Shown here one piece after another: positions 11,800 to 24,319 of a stretch of DNA of 64,000 bases (its first letter is position 1; each line of letters starts with the position of its first letter). The stretch comes from Octopus sinensis (taxonomy: Eukaryota), in the NCBI RefSeq assembly GCF_006345805.1, contig NC_043005.1:88784001-88848000 (forward strand), given 5' to 3'. The translations under genes and the position numbers were made by a program. Below the pieces are notes generated by a model. The model saw only the letters and a list, made by a program, of their open reading frames with translations. It did not search any database and was not told the DNA's origin.

Positions 11800-13700
11800 T
11801 AAAATCTATCGATCGATCAATCAATCACCGCTGTTTAGATAGGCGGAAGTCTATGGAGTTAGTTATGTCTTGCCATACCTATACATCGATTCATTGAATG
11901 ATCAGCAGATATCATAGAAACGAAACTAAATGTTAATTACGGCTTTATTATATAATAGCTTTACCGAACGATCGATTAATTATTAAATATCATTTAAACT
12001 AGATTGGTTAGTTACGTCTTACTGAATAGACATCAATGAATCGATCGTTAAATATCAATGCAGTTGAGAAGGCGTGTGTGATTGCTTGCTACAGGTCGCT
12101 GATCAACCGATAAACAATCTTATAAGTCGTTAATCGATCAATCGATCAGTTAACATTAATCTATAATAATAGGTCACGGAATGGAAAAATTGAAAACATA
12201 CTCACCGTTCAATAACAACCACCACCATCATCATCATCGTCGTCATCATGATAATGTTGCCATCGTCGTCGTGGTTAATGTCAACATCATTAAAGTATCA
12301 ATTAATGATTGCATTTCATTTATTATTGCCGATAGAGGTGTGTTTATAAATCCTTCTTGGTAAAATGTCGTCTGCAGAATATAGTTAAGAAATCTTAAGT
12401 GTGTTTTGTATGTGCAAGTAGATGTGTTTAATATATAAGATGTATATATAATGTCTATTTATAATATATATACATGTGTGAGTGTGTATATATATGTATC
12501 GATGGAGACGTAATGTTCATCTAAAGAACTGGATGGTGGCAGCGCGGGGTTTCGCCCATCACAGGAACACAGACCGTTTCCAACTCCTCATCCAAAAGAG
12601 TCCACACACGCACTAAACACATATATACACACACACACGTATATATATACACACATGCATATATCTATACACATGCATGTACATATGTGTGTATGTAGGT
12701 GCACACACACACACGCGCGCGCGCGTACTCAGAGTGCAAGAATCAGGCGCTAAACACTGCAAACTCCCATGAACTTGTAGCTTATTCCTTCATGTAATTA
12801 ACGGCCGTCGTCGCCGCCACCGCCTTCATCAGCAAGTAGCTTGCATACCTCCAGCTAGTCCTCTCTCTTTCTCTCTCCCTCTCTCTCTCCCTCCACCTCT
12901 CTCTCTCTCTCTCTCTGATATAGTGTGTGTGTGTGTGTGTATACCACACGCGCGCGCACTCTTTCCTTAGACCTACCACCCTTTCCCTTTCTCTCGCTCT
13001 CTCCTTCCCTTCATCACTCTATCGCTCTTCTTGTTACTTCCTCCTACTCTACTCTCTCTTTCTATCTCTTTCTCTCTCTCTCTCTCTCTTTCACTCTCTA
13101 CCCGTTTCACCATATTACCGTTCCCATGGTGCACGCCCAGCAACAATGTATTTATATTGTTTACCATTCCGATAGTTCCTGCTCAGCCGCCGCTCTCTCA
13201 GCCATTGTTCCGTTGCTCTTTTCTCTCTCTCTCTTCGCTTTATCTCTCCCTCTCCTCTCCTTCTTCCCCTCTCTCTCTCTCCTGTCTATCTGCCTCTTTC
13301 CCCTTCTCTTTCTCTCCAACCCAACTCTCATTCCAACGCGGCCCGTCTTGGTAATTAATGTTGACAGAGAGAGAGAAACGAAAGAGGACAATTGTGTGAG
13401 CTGCCGTTTGACTGACAATGAGAATCTGGCACTGAATGCCTATCAACGTTGTCGTTCGTTGATGTCATTACCCTCATCATCACCATCATCATCATCGTCA
13501 TCGTCGTCAATATTGACTTAGTCAGCATAATACTTATCATTGTCGACGTCGTCTTCATCGTTGTCGCCACCACCACCACCACCACCATCAAGCATTGTTA
13601 TCGGCCAGATTCCTTTACAGTGTTCGGTATTTTCTCGTAACTCCTGAGATTATACGATGTCCTGTTCCCCGCAGACTTTGGAGCAAAGTTAGAATTAAAG
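11800..13700. promoter_or_regulatory. CpG-rich candidate promoter/regulatory region
   Basis: Visibly CpG-enriched relative to the flanks (cgcgcgcgcg, gccgtcgtcgccgccaccgcc), an ATCGAT cluster, and long CT tracts; no TE recognised here. Confidence 0.4.
12206..12371 (-). other. Candidate non-coding exon
   Basis: Acceptor ttcttaactatattctgcag and a strong donor AACG|GTGAGTA; no frame stays open through it. Confidence 0.3.
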
Positions 13701-15399
13701 GTGTTCTAACTGAGACCATCCCATTTTCTGTTGGTTTGTTTTGCTAGGGTGGGGCATAGTTTTGCCAGGAGTTTCGATAGCTCTTTCAGACGAGAACTTC
13801 CTTGACTCATGTGTTTGTATGTGTATACTGTATACCTTTTATCTGCTACTTGTTTCAGTCATTAGACTGCGGCCATGCTGGGGCACTGCTTGGAAGAATT
13901 TTAATCAAACAAATCGACCCGAGTACTTCTATTTTTTCTATTTTGTTTCTCTTTATTAGCCTAGTGCTCACTCTATCGGTCCCTTTTGCCAAACTGCAAA
14001 GTTACGGGGATGTAAACACACCAACACCAGTTGTCAGGCAATGGTGTCGGGACAAACATAGAAAGACACACACAATGTGTGTGTGTGTGTATGTGTCTGT
14101 CTGTCTGTCTGTCTGCCTGTCTGTCTGTTTGTACACCCCACCCATCCACACACTGCTTGACAATCAGTCTTGATGTGCTTACATCCTGTAACTAAGCAGT
14201 TCAGCAAAAACAATTGATAGAATAAGTACTTGACTTGCACTCAAAATAAGTATTGGGGTTGATTCGTTCTACTAAGAATTGTTCAAGGCTGTGCTCCAGC
14301 ATTGGCCACAGTCAAATGACTGAAACAGGTAAAAGATGCACAACAGAAGCAGTAAAAGGCTAAAGCAGCCATTTACGTATCATACTCAATGAATATACAT
14401 CAAGATTTACTGCAGGATTCCTCTGGAGAGAATATATCCTGTGGATGTGCTGTGTTTAAAAGCACAAGAAGGCAAACATGAAAGCAGTGCTGAATGAGAA
14501 CAGGAAATGCATGTTTCTGTCTTAATAGATGTCATCAACACAGCAGTTGCCCTTATTTCCCACAAAATGAGATACGAATGTAAATACAAACAGGAGTAGA
14601 TGAAATCTGTAGATACAGAAGTTCATGTGTCCTTAGTATACAAAATATGAAATTAAATATTTTTACAATTAAAAGTTTTTAGTTAATATTGATTTCAAAT
14701 TTTGGCACAAGGCCAGCAATTTTGGGGAGAGGTAAGTCGGTTACATCAATCAGTACTCAACTGGTACTATTTTATCAACCCTAAAATATGAAAGGCAAAG
14801 TTGACCCTGGTGGAATTTGAACTCAGAACATAAAGATGAACAAAATGCCACTGTAGGTGCATTACCCACTTTGACAGCAAGTCAAAGAAGCTGGTCAGTT
14901 ATAGAGGGCGTTATGCAACATTAAGGTTCAGACACGTGACCTCATCTCTTCCTCTTTTCTGCTATGAGGATGCAACTTGACTGCAACTTGTCTCATACCA
15001 CACTCCAGCTTGCAGATAGGAGCATAGCACAGAAGACCATGACCCTTACATACCAACCATTTTATTTATCATTCCATTGTGTATATACGTGTAGCCACAA
15101 TAAGCGTGTTTAAAGTTACAACCTTGCTTGTATATGTTTTTTATCCGGGTTTACTACCAGCAAGATTCCAGCCTTCTGAGAGTCATTAGGTGGCTCAACG
15201 ATGACCTACACCATCTAAACCACTAAGCATTTTGTCTGGTGCAGTTACAATTCTACTAGCTTGTTGCCTTTAGTTAATATTGAAAGATTATTTATCAATC
15301 ATTCTATGAGAAAAACAACCTATATTTCAATAATTTTTCTCAGTTAAAAAATTCTTAATATAAGATCCATTTTATCTAATCGACTGGCCCCCCACCTCC

Positions 15400-16965
15400 C
15401 CAAAAATTTTGAGCCTTGTTCCTTGAGTAGAAAAGTATATATATAAAGCATGATCTATTTATATATAATAGAAAGCATGATATATGTTTAGTTGTTAAAC
15501 TTTGCTCATTTGTCACTTACAGAGCTTATTGCAATTGTGGTTATCATGAGCTTTTGCCTTGCTTGTGATTCCTGCAGCAGAAATTGAATGCTATTTTCAA
15601 AATAACCACAAAAATTCTTCAAAGCAATTTCAAATTTTAGATTAAATTTAATTTCTGCAACTTTTCTTCTCCAAGTTTCCAAAGGCACCTCATTTCTTAA
15701 ATGTTCCATGAACTGGGGTCCAAAACATGCAAAAATTCTATAATTTTCGGTGTGTTATCATGATATCCTAAATTACCAATTTTAAGCAAAACATATTCTT
15801 CACTTAATAAACTTGCCTTCTTCATCATCATCATCATTGTCGTTTAACGTCTGCTTTCCATGCTGGCATTTGTTGGCCGGTTTGCTTGAGGACTGGCGAG
15901 CCAGAAGGCTGCACCAGGCTCCAATCTGATCTGGCTATGTCTCTACAGCTGGATGCCCTTCCTAATGCCAATCACTCCGAGAGTGTAGTGGGTGCTTTTA
16001 TGTTCCACCTGCATGAGGGCCAGTCAGGCGGTTCTGGCAATGACCACGCTCAAAAGGTGTTTTTTACATGCTACCTGCACGTAAATTAATTAAGCCCAGT
16101 TATTTTTTCTCATGACATTGATTTAAATTTCTCCTTTTCCTTAAAGTCTATGGATTTGAAGACATCCCACAATGTGCCAGTTCATTAAATTTTTTTTATT
16201 TTACAAATTAATTGTTCATTTAATGTGTTGGTTGCCATTGTGAAATCCAATTCGTTTCCTGGGACTACATTTGGTAATATTCTATGTTTATCTGCATATT
16301 AATGGTAAGTCTCTTATGAATGTTTTGTTTGTTAACTTCAGAAAAAAAATCCTTCATCCCACTTAAACAGATTTGAAATAACAAGAAGCTTCTCAAGGAT
16401 TGAAAACCATGGCCTAATTTCAGTATTTTCATATCAAAACCACTGTAGAAATGGCTTTAAGTTGTAGCTGATTTTCATTAAACTTAAAGTAAGAGTAGCA
16501 TTAAATGTTGGCCAAAAGCTGAAGCAGTTGGCCTAGATTTCATATGTAACATCATCAAAACTAATTTGTAATCAATGATTCAAGCAATGCCAAATTCTGA
16601 TGTCCGGAAATTCTTGAATTAGTTTTGTAGCAACTCCAGATCTTTGTCCAAGCAGAACAAACTTCGATCTAACTTTTCTTCAAAGATTTTGTGCCAAACT
16701 CTGCATTATTTAACATTTTCTGCAATACATTATAAATATTTTCTGTAGTTGATACCAAATCAAGAAACATTGGTAAGGAATTATTGTCTAATTCTCATTT
16801 CAGGAAAATTACAAAAACAAATTTCCTTGAAATTAATGAAGTTCCATCAATGATTAATTTTTCTGATTTCTTTGTATTTTATTGATTGGCTAATATTCTT
16901 ACCAATAGCATGATCTGCACCAAAGGATGCAAAAAATCATGATTGTAATGCTAATAAAACTGGAT
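15400..16965 (-). mobile_element. hAT transposase relic, interrupted at about 15825-16085
   Basis: Minus-strand translation gives [44 protein letters not shown] (CxxH motif) and TIAISS near the dimerisation end; many stops. Confidence 0.75.
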
Positions 16966-18058
16966 ACAGCTCAATGCTATGCATTTATGGTGTGTGTGCA
17001 TGCATGTGTGTGTTTTGTGTGCGTGTGTTTGTATTAATGTTTGTTGCTGTGGAATATGCGCACCCTTCTAGATTGTGACAATATCTCCAAAGTCCAGTCT
17101 GTCTTGATTCTACAAAGTGTTCCGTAAATTCAAAGAATGTCATAACAACTCTTGGATTTACTGGGAGTTGAAAATTACTCTTTCTATTTTGTAACTTCAG
17201 TAAATATTCTTCAAAATCTCTCTCTCCTTCTCTCTCTCTCTCTAAAATTCATTAATTCTGATGCTCACCCGCTCTAATTTTTTTACAAAATTCTCATCCC
17301 TGTTTCATGACTCAGGTCTTCTTATATTTACAATGATTTCTCCAGCAATAAAACCTTTCAACTCTCTCCCTCTCTCACTCTCTCTCTCTCTCACTCTCCT
17401 TGCTTCCTAGTGCCTTTTTATTACTCTCTCTCTCTCCCTGCTTCTTAGTGCCTTTTTATCTCTCTCTTCCCCCTCTCTCTCTCTCTCTCCTTCTCTCTCT
17501 CTCTCTCCTTCTCTCTCTCTCTCTCCTTCTCTCTCTCTCTCTCCTTCTCTCTCTCTCTCTCCTTCTCTCTGCTTCCTAGTGCCTTTTTATCTTGGCTGGT
17601 ATTTCCTGCGGCGAAGCTAGCCTTTTACTTATCCATGATACACCCACCCATTCCTGCCCACCACTACCAATACTGGAAATCTCTTCTCTTGTATCGGAAA
17701 CCACTATAAGGCTCAGCCTCACTTCTGTATCTGAAGACTTGCCTAGCTCCCTCTCTCTCCACCACCAGCAATCATTCCACACTGCTGCATGTACCAAAAG
17801 GAGATGCATTACTTAGTAAATTAACAAGCCACCTACCCCTTTCTATATATAATGGACTAGCCAATAGCAGCTGATTTACTTAATTTAAACGTTGACCCAT
17901 TTATGTTTGCAGCAATAATGTTTATATTTACAAAGATTATAATGCTTATACTTACAACACTTATCTTACAATCACTCCCAATAGGGGCAACAATTTTAAA
18001 GTGAGAACAACTAATGTGACATGTATGTTATCAAACATTCATCAAAACCTTCTTTCAG

Positions 18059-21000
18059 GTGCTGAATACCATCCCTTCTTCTCATGCTCCCTTCCACGTC
18101 CCTTTTCCAGTTCTCTGAGTTGGCACTGTCAATGTAGGTACATTGAAAGGTCTAGTGAGATTGCTGAGATGCTTGATGGGAGGCATTTTGATGTATGCTG
18201 CATTCAAGAGGTATGGTGGAGAGGAGCTTCAGCCAGGTTCCTCATAATGACAATGATCTCATCTTCATGGCTGAGGATTTCAGGCAGAAGCCCGATATCT
18301 TCCATGGTGTACATAGGGACTATGGAATTGGTTCCCAAAACGAAAAGGGGACAAGGCTATTGGAGTTCTGTGATGCAAATAACCTATTGATCTTCAATAC
18401 CAACTTCAGGAAGTCAGTTAGCCACCTGATAATCTACCAATCAAGTGAACCTACTAGCCTGATAGATTTCATTATCAGCAGACTGTGGGACACATGGTTG
18501 CTCCTAAATACAAAGACCTTCCCTGTTGAAGGTCTTTTCTTAGACTAGTCATTAGTAACTTTAGACTTCAGACCAGAAGGATGCCAAGAAGCAGACCGAT
18601 CTGGAAAAGAAGGGTTTGGATGCTCAAGGACCCTTTATGTGGTCTGAGATTTAGAGATGTCCTAAATGAGAAATTTGATGAGAGGGAGGAGAAACTACAG
18701 ATTTGTAAAACAGAGGTCAACTGGGAATTCCTGCAGGTCAGCTTGCTGAGTGTCACAAACTAAATCTGCGGCTTGTGCAAAATCCCATCCAGACCCAGAG
18801 TGATGAAGCAGTGGAAAGATACTGTAGACAAAACCATTAGAGCAACGAAACAGGCCTGGAAAAACTGGAAGTGTGGCGGTAGCAGAGAACTGTATCGGAT
18901 AGCCAGAAGGGAAGCTAAGAGGCAAGTATATTTAACAATGAAAAGAAGCTGTTTGCCTATGTTCAGTGATGTGAGGACCAAAGACTTGAATTGTTTTGGA
19001 TTGCAAGACAATGTGTGGAGAAAATCATGATGTCATAGGAGAGAAATGTGTCTGCATGGATGATGGTTCACTTGCATTTAATAATTCTGCAAAGAAAGAG
19101 GTTTGGAAATGCCATTATGAAAGGCTGATCAATGTAGAGAACATAGGGGAGGAATCTGCCAAATGTAGACCCAACTGAGGGACCAGCTATCGGAGTCAAC
19201 AGTAGCTTTGTAGATAAAGCAATTAAGGATATCAAGATTGAGAAACTCTCTGGTTTATCAGGAATCTCTGCTGAGATGCTAAAAACCTCTAGTAGAGTAG
19301 GATATAGCCTAGTCACCCATAGAGTTAATCAGATTGTCCGTGAGGGAGTCATACCCAACGATTGGTGTAGCAGCATCATAGTCAACTGCTACAAAAGTAA
19401 AGGTAGTGCCTTAGACAGGAATAATTACAAAGACATCAAACTGCTGGACCAGGGGATATCAGTCACAAAAAAGGGTCATAGCTCAATTAATTAGGGATAG
19501 AATTAGCATAGATTAGATGCAGTTTGGATTTGTGCCAAGCAGGAGCACGACTGATGCTATATTTCTGGTTAGGCTACTGCAGGAGAAATATCTAGCCAAA
19601 AATAAACCCCTGTAGTTGGCTTTTGATGAAATGGAGAAAGCCTTTGGCTAATTCCACTGCTCCCTTATTTGGTGGTCAGTGTGGAAGCTAGGGATAGATG
19701 AATGGTTGGTGAGAGCTGTATAAGCCAGGTACAGGGATGTTGTCAGTAAGGTGAAAGTTAACAATGAGTATAGGGAAGAATTCAATGTACAAGTAGGGGT
19801 TCACTAAGGAGCAGTCCTCAGCCCCCTCTTGTTTATCACAGTCCTCCAGGCAATAACAGAGGAATCTAAGACAGGCTGCCCCTGAGAGATTCCTCTATGC
19901 TGATGACCTTGTTTTTATATCTAAATCACTACCTGAACTAGAGAAGAAATTTTAGGCATGGAGGCAAGGTCTAGAATCAAAGGTTCTTAGAGTTAATCTA
20001 GCAAAAATCAAAGTCTTAGTTAGTAGGAGGGCAGGTAAATCACAAATCCCTTCAGGTAGGTTGTCCTGCTCAATCTGCAGAAAAGATGTACCCAGTGTAA
20101 GCTATGCACACATAAGAGGTGCAACAATATCAGAGGAAGTTAAATGGGAAAGTAGTTTTTGCATGGAAGGTGCACAGGTACAATTAACACTGAATTTGCT
20201 CAGAAAATAGACTCCATCAACTGCCAGGTGGGCAAGCTAGAGGTAGTAGATAGCTTCCATTATCTGGGTGACCAAGTCAGTAGTTGGGGTGGATGCTCTG
20301 AGAGTGTAGCTGCTAGAATAAGAATAGGCTGGACAAAGTTCAGAGAGCTCCTACCTCTGCTGGCAACAAAGGGCATCTCCCTCAGAGTGAAAGGCAGATT
20401 GTATGATTCTAGTGTGTGAATAGGTATGCTATATGGCTGTGAAACATAGGCTGTGACAGCTGAGGACATGTATTGGCTTGAAAGAAATGAAGCTAGTATG
20501 CTTTGCTGGATGGGCAATGTCAGTGTGCATGTATGAGAAAATGTAAGCATCTTGAGAGAAGAATTGGACATAAGCACCATCAGATATGATGTGCAAGAAA
20601 GACGACTGCACTGGTAGGGTCATGTGATGTGTATGGATGAGGACAGCAGTGTAAAAAAGTGTCAGTCTCTAACTATGGAGGGAACCTTCAGTAGACGAAA
20701 CCCAAGAGGACATGGGACAAAGTGGTGAAGCATGGTCTTCGAACTTTGGGACTCACAGAAGCAAAGATAAGTAATTGAGACCTTTAGCAATATACAATGC
20801 TTGAGAAGACCTGTCAAGTCAAGTGAAATTGTTGTCTGACGTTGGTGTCACTTAACTGGCATCCATGCTGGTGGTATGTAAAGAGCATCTTTTGAACATT
20901 ATGCCTCATGGAGGCAATAACAAATGTCCAAGACCTTTGGCATTATGCCATGCTTGAGAAGAAGACCCCTCAAGTCAAGTGAAATTGTAGTTGTGGCAGA

Positions 21001-21220
21001 TATTGGTATCACGTGACTAACACCCATGCCAGTGGCACATAGAAGCACCCTTTAAACTCTCGGAGTGGTTGGCATTAGGAAGGGCATCCAGCTGCAGAAA
21101 CAATGCCAAATCACACTGGAGTCTGGTGCAGACCCCTGCTTGCCAGCCCTCATCGAACTGTCCAACCCATGCCAGCATGGACAACAGACATTAAAAGATG
21201 ATGATGATGATGATGATGAT
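18059..21220 (+). mobile_element. Decayed RTE-clade LINE (APE + RT) with (GAT)n tail
   Basis: APE start VGTVNVGTL...DVCCIQEV; RT motifs QFGFVPSRSTTDAIF and LYADDL; C-terminal RIGWTKFRELLPLL...GRLYD; repetitive 3' UTR ending in (gat)n. Many stops and frameshifts. Confidence 0.9.
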
Positions 21221-21387
21221 TAGAAAACATCATGACAGATGTTCATGAGCTTGAGAAAGGAATGGAAATATCTAAGAAAGAATACCAGACCCGGAAGGAG
21301 CGAGATGCTCCAATTGTATTGAGAGATTTCTTGGGAAGTTCTGAAGAAAAGTTAAAAAAACTTATAACTGATGTCAAAACAGCAAAG
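21220..21387 (+). pseudogene. FMNL: Formin-like (FMNL/Frl) FH2-domain exon lacking its normal acceptor
   Basis: Translates LENIMTDVHELEKGMEISKKEYQTRKERDAPIVLRDFLGSSEEKLKKLITDVKTAK, then AAG|GT phase-0 donor. Matches the FMNL FH2 segment (SLENVLLDVKELQRGM...EGKLKKLQDDAKIAQ) as I recall it. Confidence 0.8.
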
Positions 21388-21484
21388 GTTTGGATGGGGT
21401 TTCTTTTAATCATGTCTCATTTGAGATTCCTTCTACAAATGTCTTTCATATTCTTCATTAACTTTGTTACCGTTATTATTATTA

Positions 21485-21700
21485 AGGAGGTCAGTTGGCA
21501 GAATTGTTAGCATGCCAGACAAAATGCTTAGTGGCATTTCAAATTCTGAGTTCAAATTCTGCTGGCATCCGCTTTTGTCTTCCATCTTTACAGAGTTGAG
21601 AAAATAAATACCAGTTGAACCCTGGGGTTGATCTAATCGACTTCTCTCTGCCCAACAAATTTCAGGACTTAATCCTATAACTGAAAGAATTATTATTATT
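21485..21700 (+). mobile_element. Second tRNA-SINE family copy
   Basis: ggaggtcagttggcagaattgttagcatg...ttctgagttcaaattc...aaataccagttg; relatives near 14690-14850 (-), 23640-23790, 24750-25300 and 31700-31870 (-). Confidence 0.75.
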
Positions 21701-22685
21701 TTAATATAACCAGCATCTGTAGATGTATCTCCTGGTGTTTATGTGTGGTGATGCTTGTTTTTATGACTCACCAGGACCACTTTTCATGGCCTCAGTGTCC
21801 ATTCTCTCTTCATAGATTCCTATGGAGACATGAATCATTTTGTTAACCAGCCAGTTCCATCCTCTGTTGCCCTTATGAATTAAATGTTGAGTCTGATGGA
21901 ATCCTTTTTTTCTTATATTTTGTTGCATAGAGTTGAGACTTTTAAGAGCTAAGCATTTTTCTTAGATTTTGAACATTTCCATAAATAATTTGGTTGAAAG
22001 TTTTTCTAACAAACTGTTAGTGGTGAGTGGAAACAACATTTGAATTTAAGTTGATTAGATAATTAGAAGTCATTCATTAAAATCTAAAACAAATCAGTGG
22101 AACATATCTGTGGAAAAAAGGCTTTATGTAATTATTTTTCAAATTGACTTTGAGAAAGTTGACCAAGAACTGCTTTCTTTCTCATTCTAAGAATTTTCTG
22201 TCCAACCACATTCAACTACGACACCCACCAGTTAAATATTTATGCTGAACTCCTGTAGTTGTAGGCACTGAACTGCTTGCTCAGAGTAACTTGTGAACAC
22301 AGAAACCAATTAAAAATAAGGTCTTGATATTTCAAAGAAATCATTATTTCCACTTTCACGTCTCTCTCAGATCATGGAAGAGGTAATAAGCTGTGCTGGA
22401 TATGTTACTGGTCCTTCAAAGTTCCAAGTTTAGTTAAAAATCCATCTTTCATTTCTGCAGGATTAATAAAATGCCAGTAATATTGATTTGGTATAAAGTT
22501 TAGAATAAAAACCATCTCCACCTCTTTTAGGAATAGATCAGAAATGGAACAAAAGTTTTGGTAGATACATTGAGAGAAGAAATGGATATTTTGCTTTGAC
22601 TCTGTAATTAGCAGACATGTTAATTATTTCGAGTTATAAATTTCACATATATTCGGTTTTTTTTTTTTGCCTTTTGTAATGTTTT

Positions 22686-22776
22686 AATGCCTATCATCGG
22701 GTTGTGGAATACTTTGGTGAAAATCCCAGGATGGTTTCACCAACAACGTTTCTCCCAGTTTGTGAATGTATATACG
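22686..22776 (+). pseudogene. FMNL: Next FMNL FH2 exon, decayed
   Basis: NAYHRVVEYFGENPRMVSPTTF, then a frameshift (...SQFVNVYT|GT). Compare FMNL [23 protein letters not shown]. A polypyrimidine tract is present but the acceptor AG is missing. Confidence 0.75.
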
Positions 22777-23254
22777 GTACACGACTTTAACATCTCTTTT
22801 GCATTGGCTAAGGATATTTAAAAGTCATAACTGATTGAAGAAGTAATTGGAATCAATATATTTTGTGTTATTGATCTAGTTGACCAGTTGTAAAGTGACG
22901 TTTAGTTAAAATTCAATTTGGAAAGCTATGTTATTTACCTCCCTTTGCTTCTTATGATAAAGGATTCAACGCAGTTACCTCCCTTGATAACTTTTCTAAT
23001 TACCTGATTGTACTTTATCACTGATACGCAATCTTATTTGCCGGTGGCTCCGCCCTTAAATTATATAAATCTTGATCCAATACATGACAGATATGTAATT
23101 TCTTTCTTTTGGAACTTGAAACCGAATGATTTTCGTTTTATCAGGTTTCAAAACTACATAAGTTAGTATTATAAACTGTTGGTGTTAATTTATTAAAAGT
23201 GTTTTTGTGTTGTGGATAATCCACTCTCTCTTCCTATCTCTCTCTCTCTCTTTT

Positions 23255-23299
<45 letters not shown>

Positions 23300-23795
23300 G
23301 TCTCTCTCCTTCTCCCTCTCTCTCCTCTTAGAGTCTGACTGTTTAACATTTGTAGAATATTACTTATTCAATATTTTATTCAGTAAGTATTAAACATGGC
23401 AGTGCAACTTCTCCGTATTAATTTAACAACTGTTTTTGGTGCCACATAAAAAAGATTCATGTCACAGTGCCACGTAAGAAGCACTGGTGCCACATTTTTA
23501 TATTTTTATATTCTATTTTTCTCACCCCTCTACACACTCCTACTCAAGGCTGACTGTCCATAATGGTTCTTTCTCTCTTGTATAGAGAGTAAGAATAATT
23601 ATTAGAATGTCGGATAGAATGCATTACAATGTTTGTTCCAATACTTGACTTTTTAAGTTCAAATTCTGCACTGGTCAACTATGTCTGTCATCCTTCTGGT
23701 TCTTTGACAAAAATAAAGAACCAGTCAAGCACTGGAACCAATGTAATCAACTTGCCCCATCTGCCCCAAAATTGCTGACCTCGGGCTTAAATTAG

Positions 23796-23841
<46 letters not shown>

Positions 23842-24270
23842 GTAGTATAGTAGTAGTAGTAGTAGTAAATGGTTTCAAATCTTATTGACCCCTCCCCCAA
23901 GGACGAAAAGTAAGGTCCACTAATGATAATTATAATTAACATGAAAGAGTGGCCACAATTGATTAGACTTTGAGAAACATCCAAAATCATGGTTAGAATG
24001 AATGGATTGTTAGAAACTGGTTAATGTAGAACAAAACTGTATGCGTGTGTGTTTGTGTGTGTGCATATATATGTGTGTATGTGGGTGTCCCCACAGCATG
24101 GGAGTGTTATGTTCCTGAAAGTCTTACCTTAATGTGTAATTCCCTAATGAGAAATAGATTTAACATTGTGGAATTAGGCGCTATGGCAAGATTTTCTGCT
24201 ATGCAACTCTCCCCTGCTGCAGGGGGGGGGGATGCTTGTTTAAACATACACGTGTATGTGAGTGTGTGTG

Positions 24271-24319
<49 letters not shown>

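Noticed and set aside
21780-22450. Possible N-terminal part of the hAT relic
   Set aside because: No clear motif, and the stretch lies inside the inferred FMNL intron.
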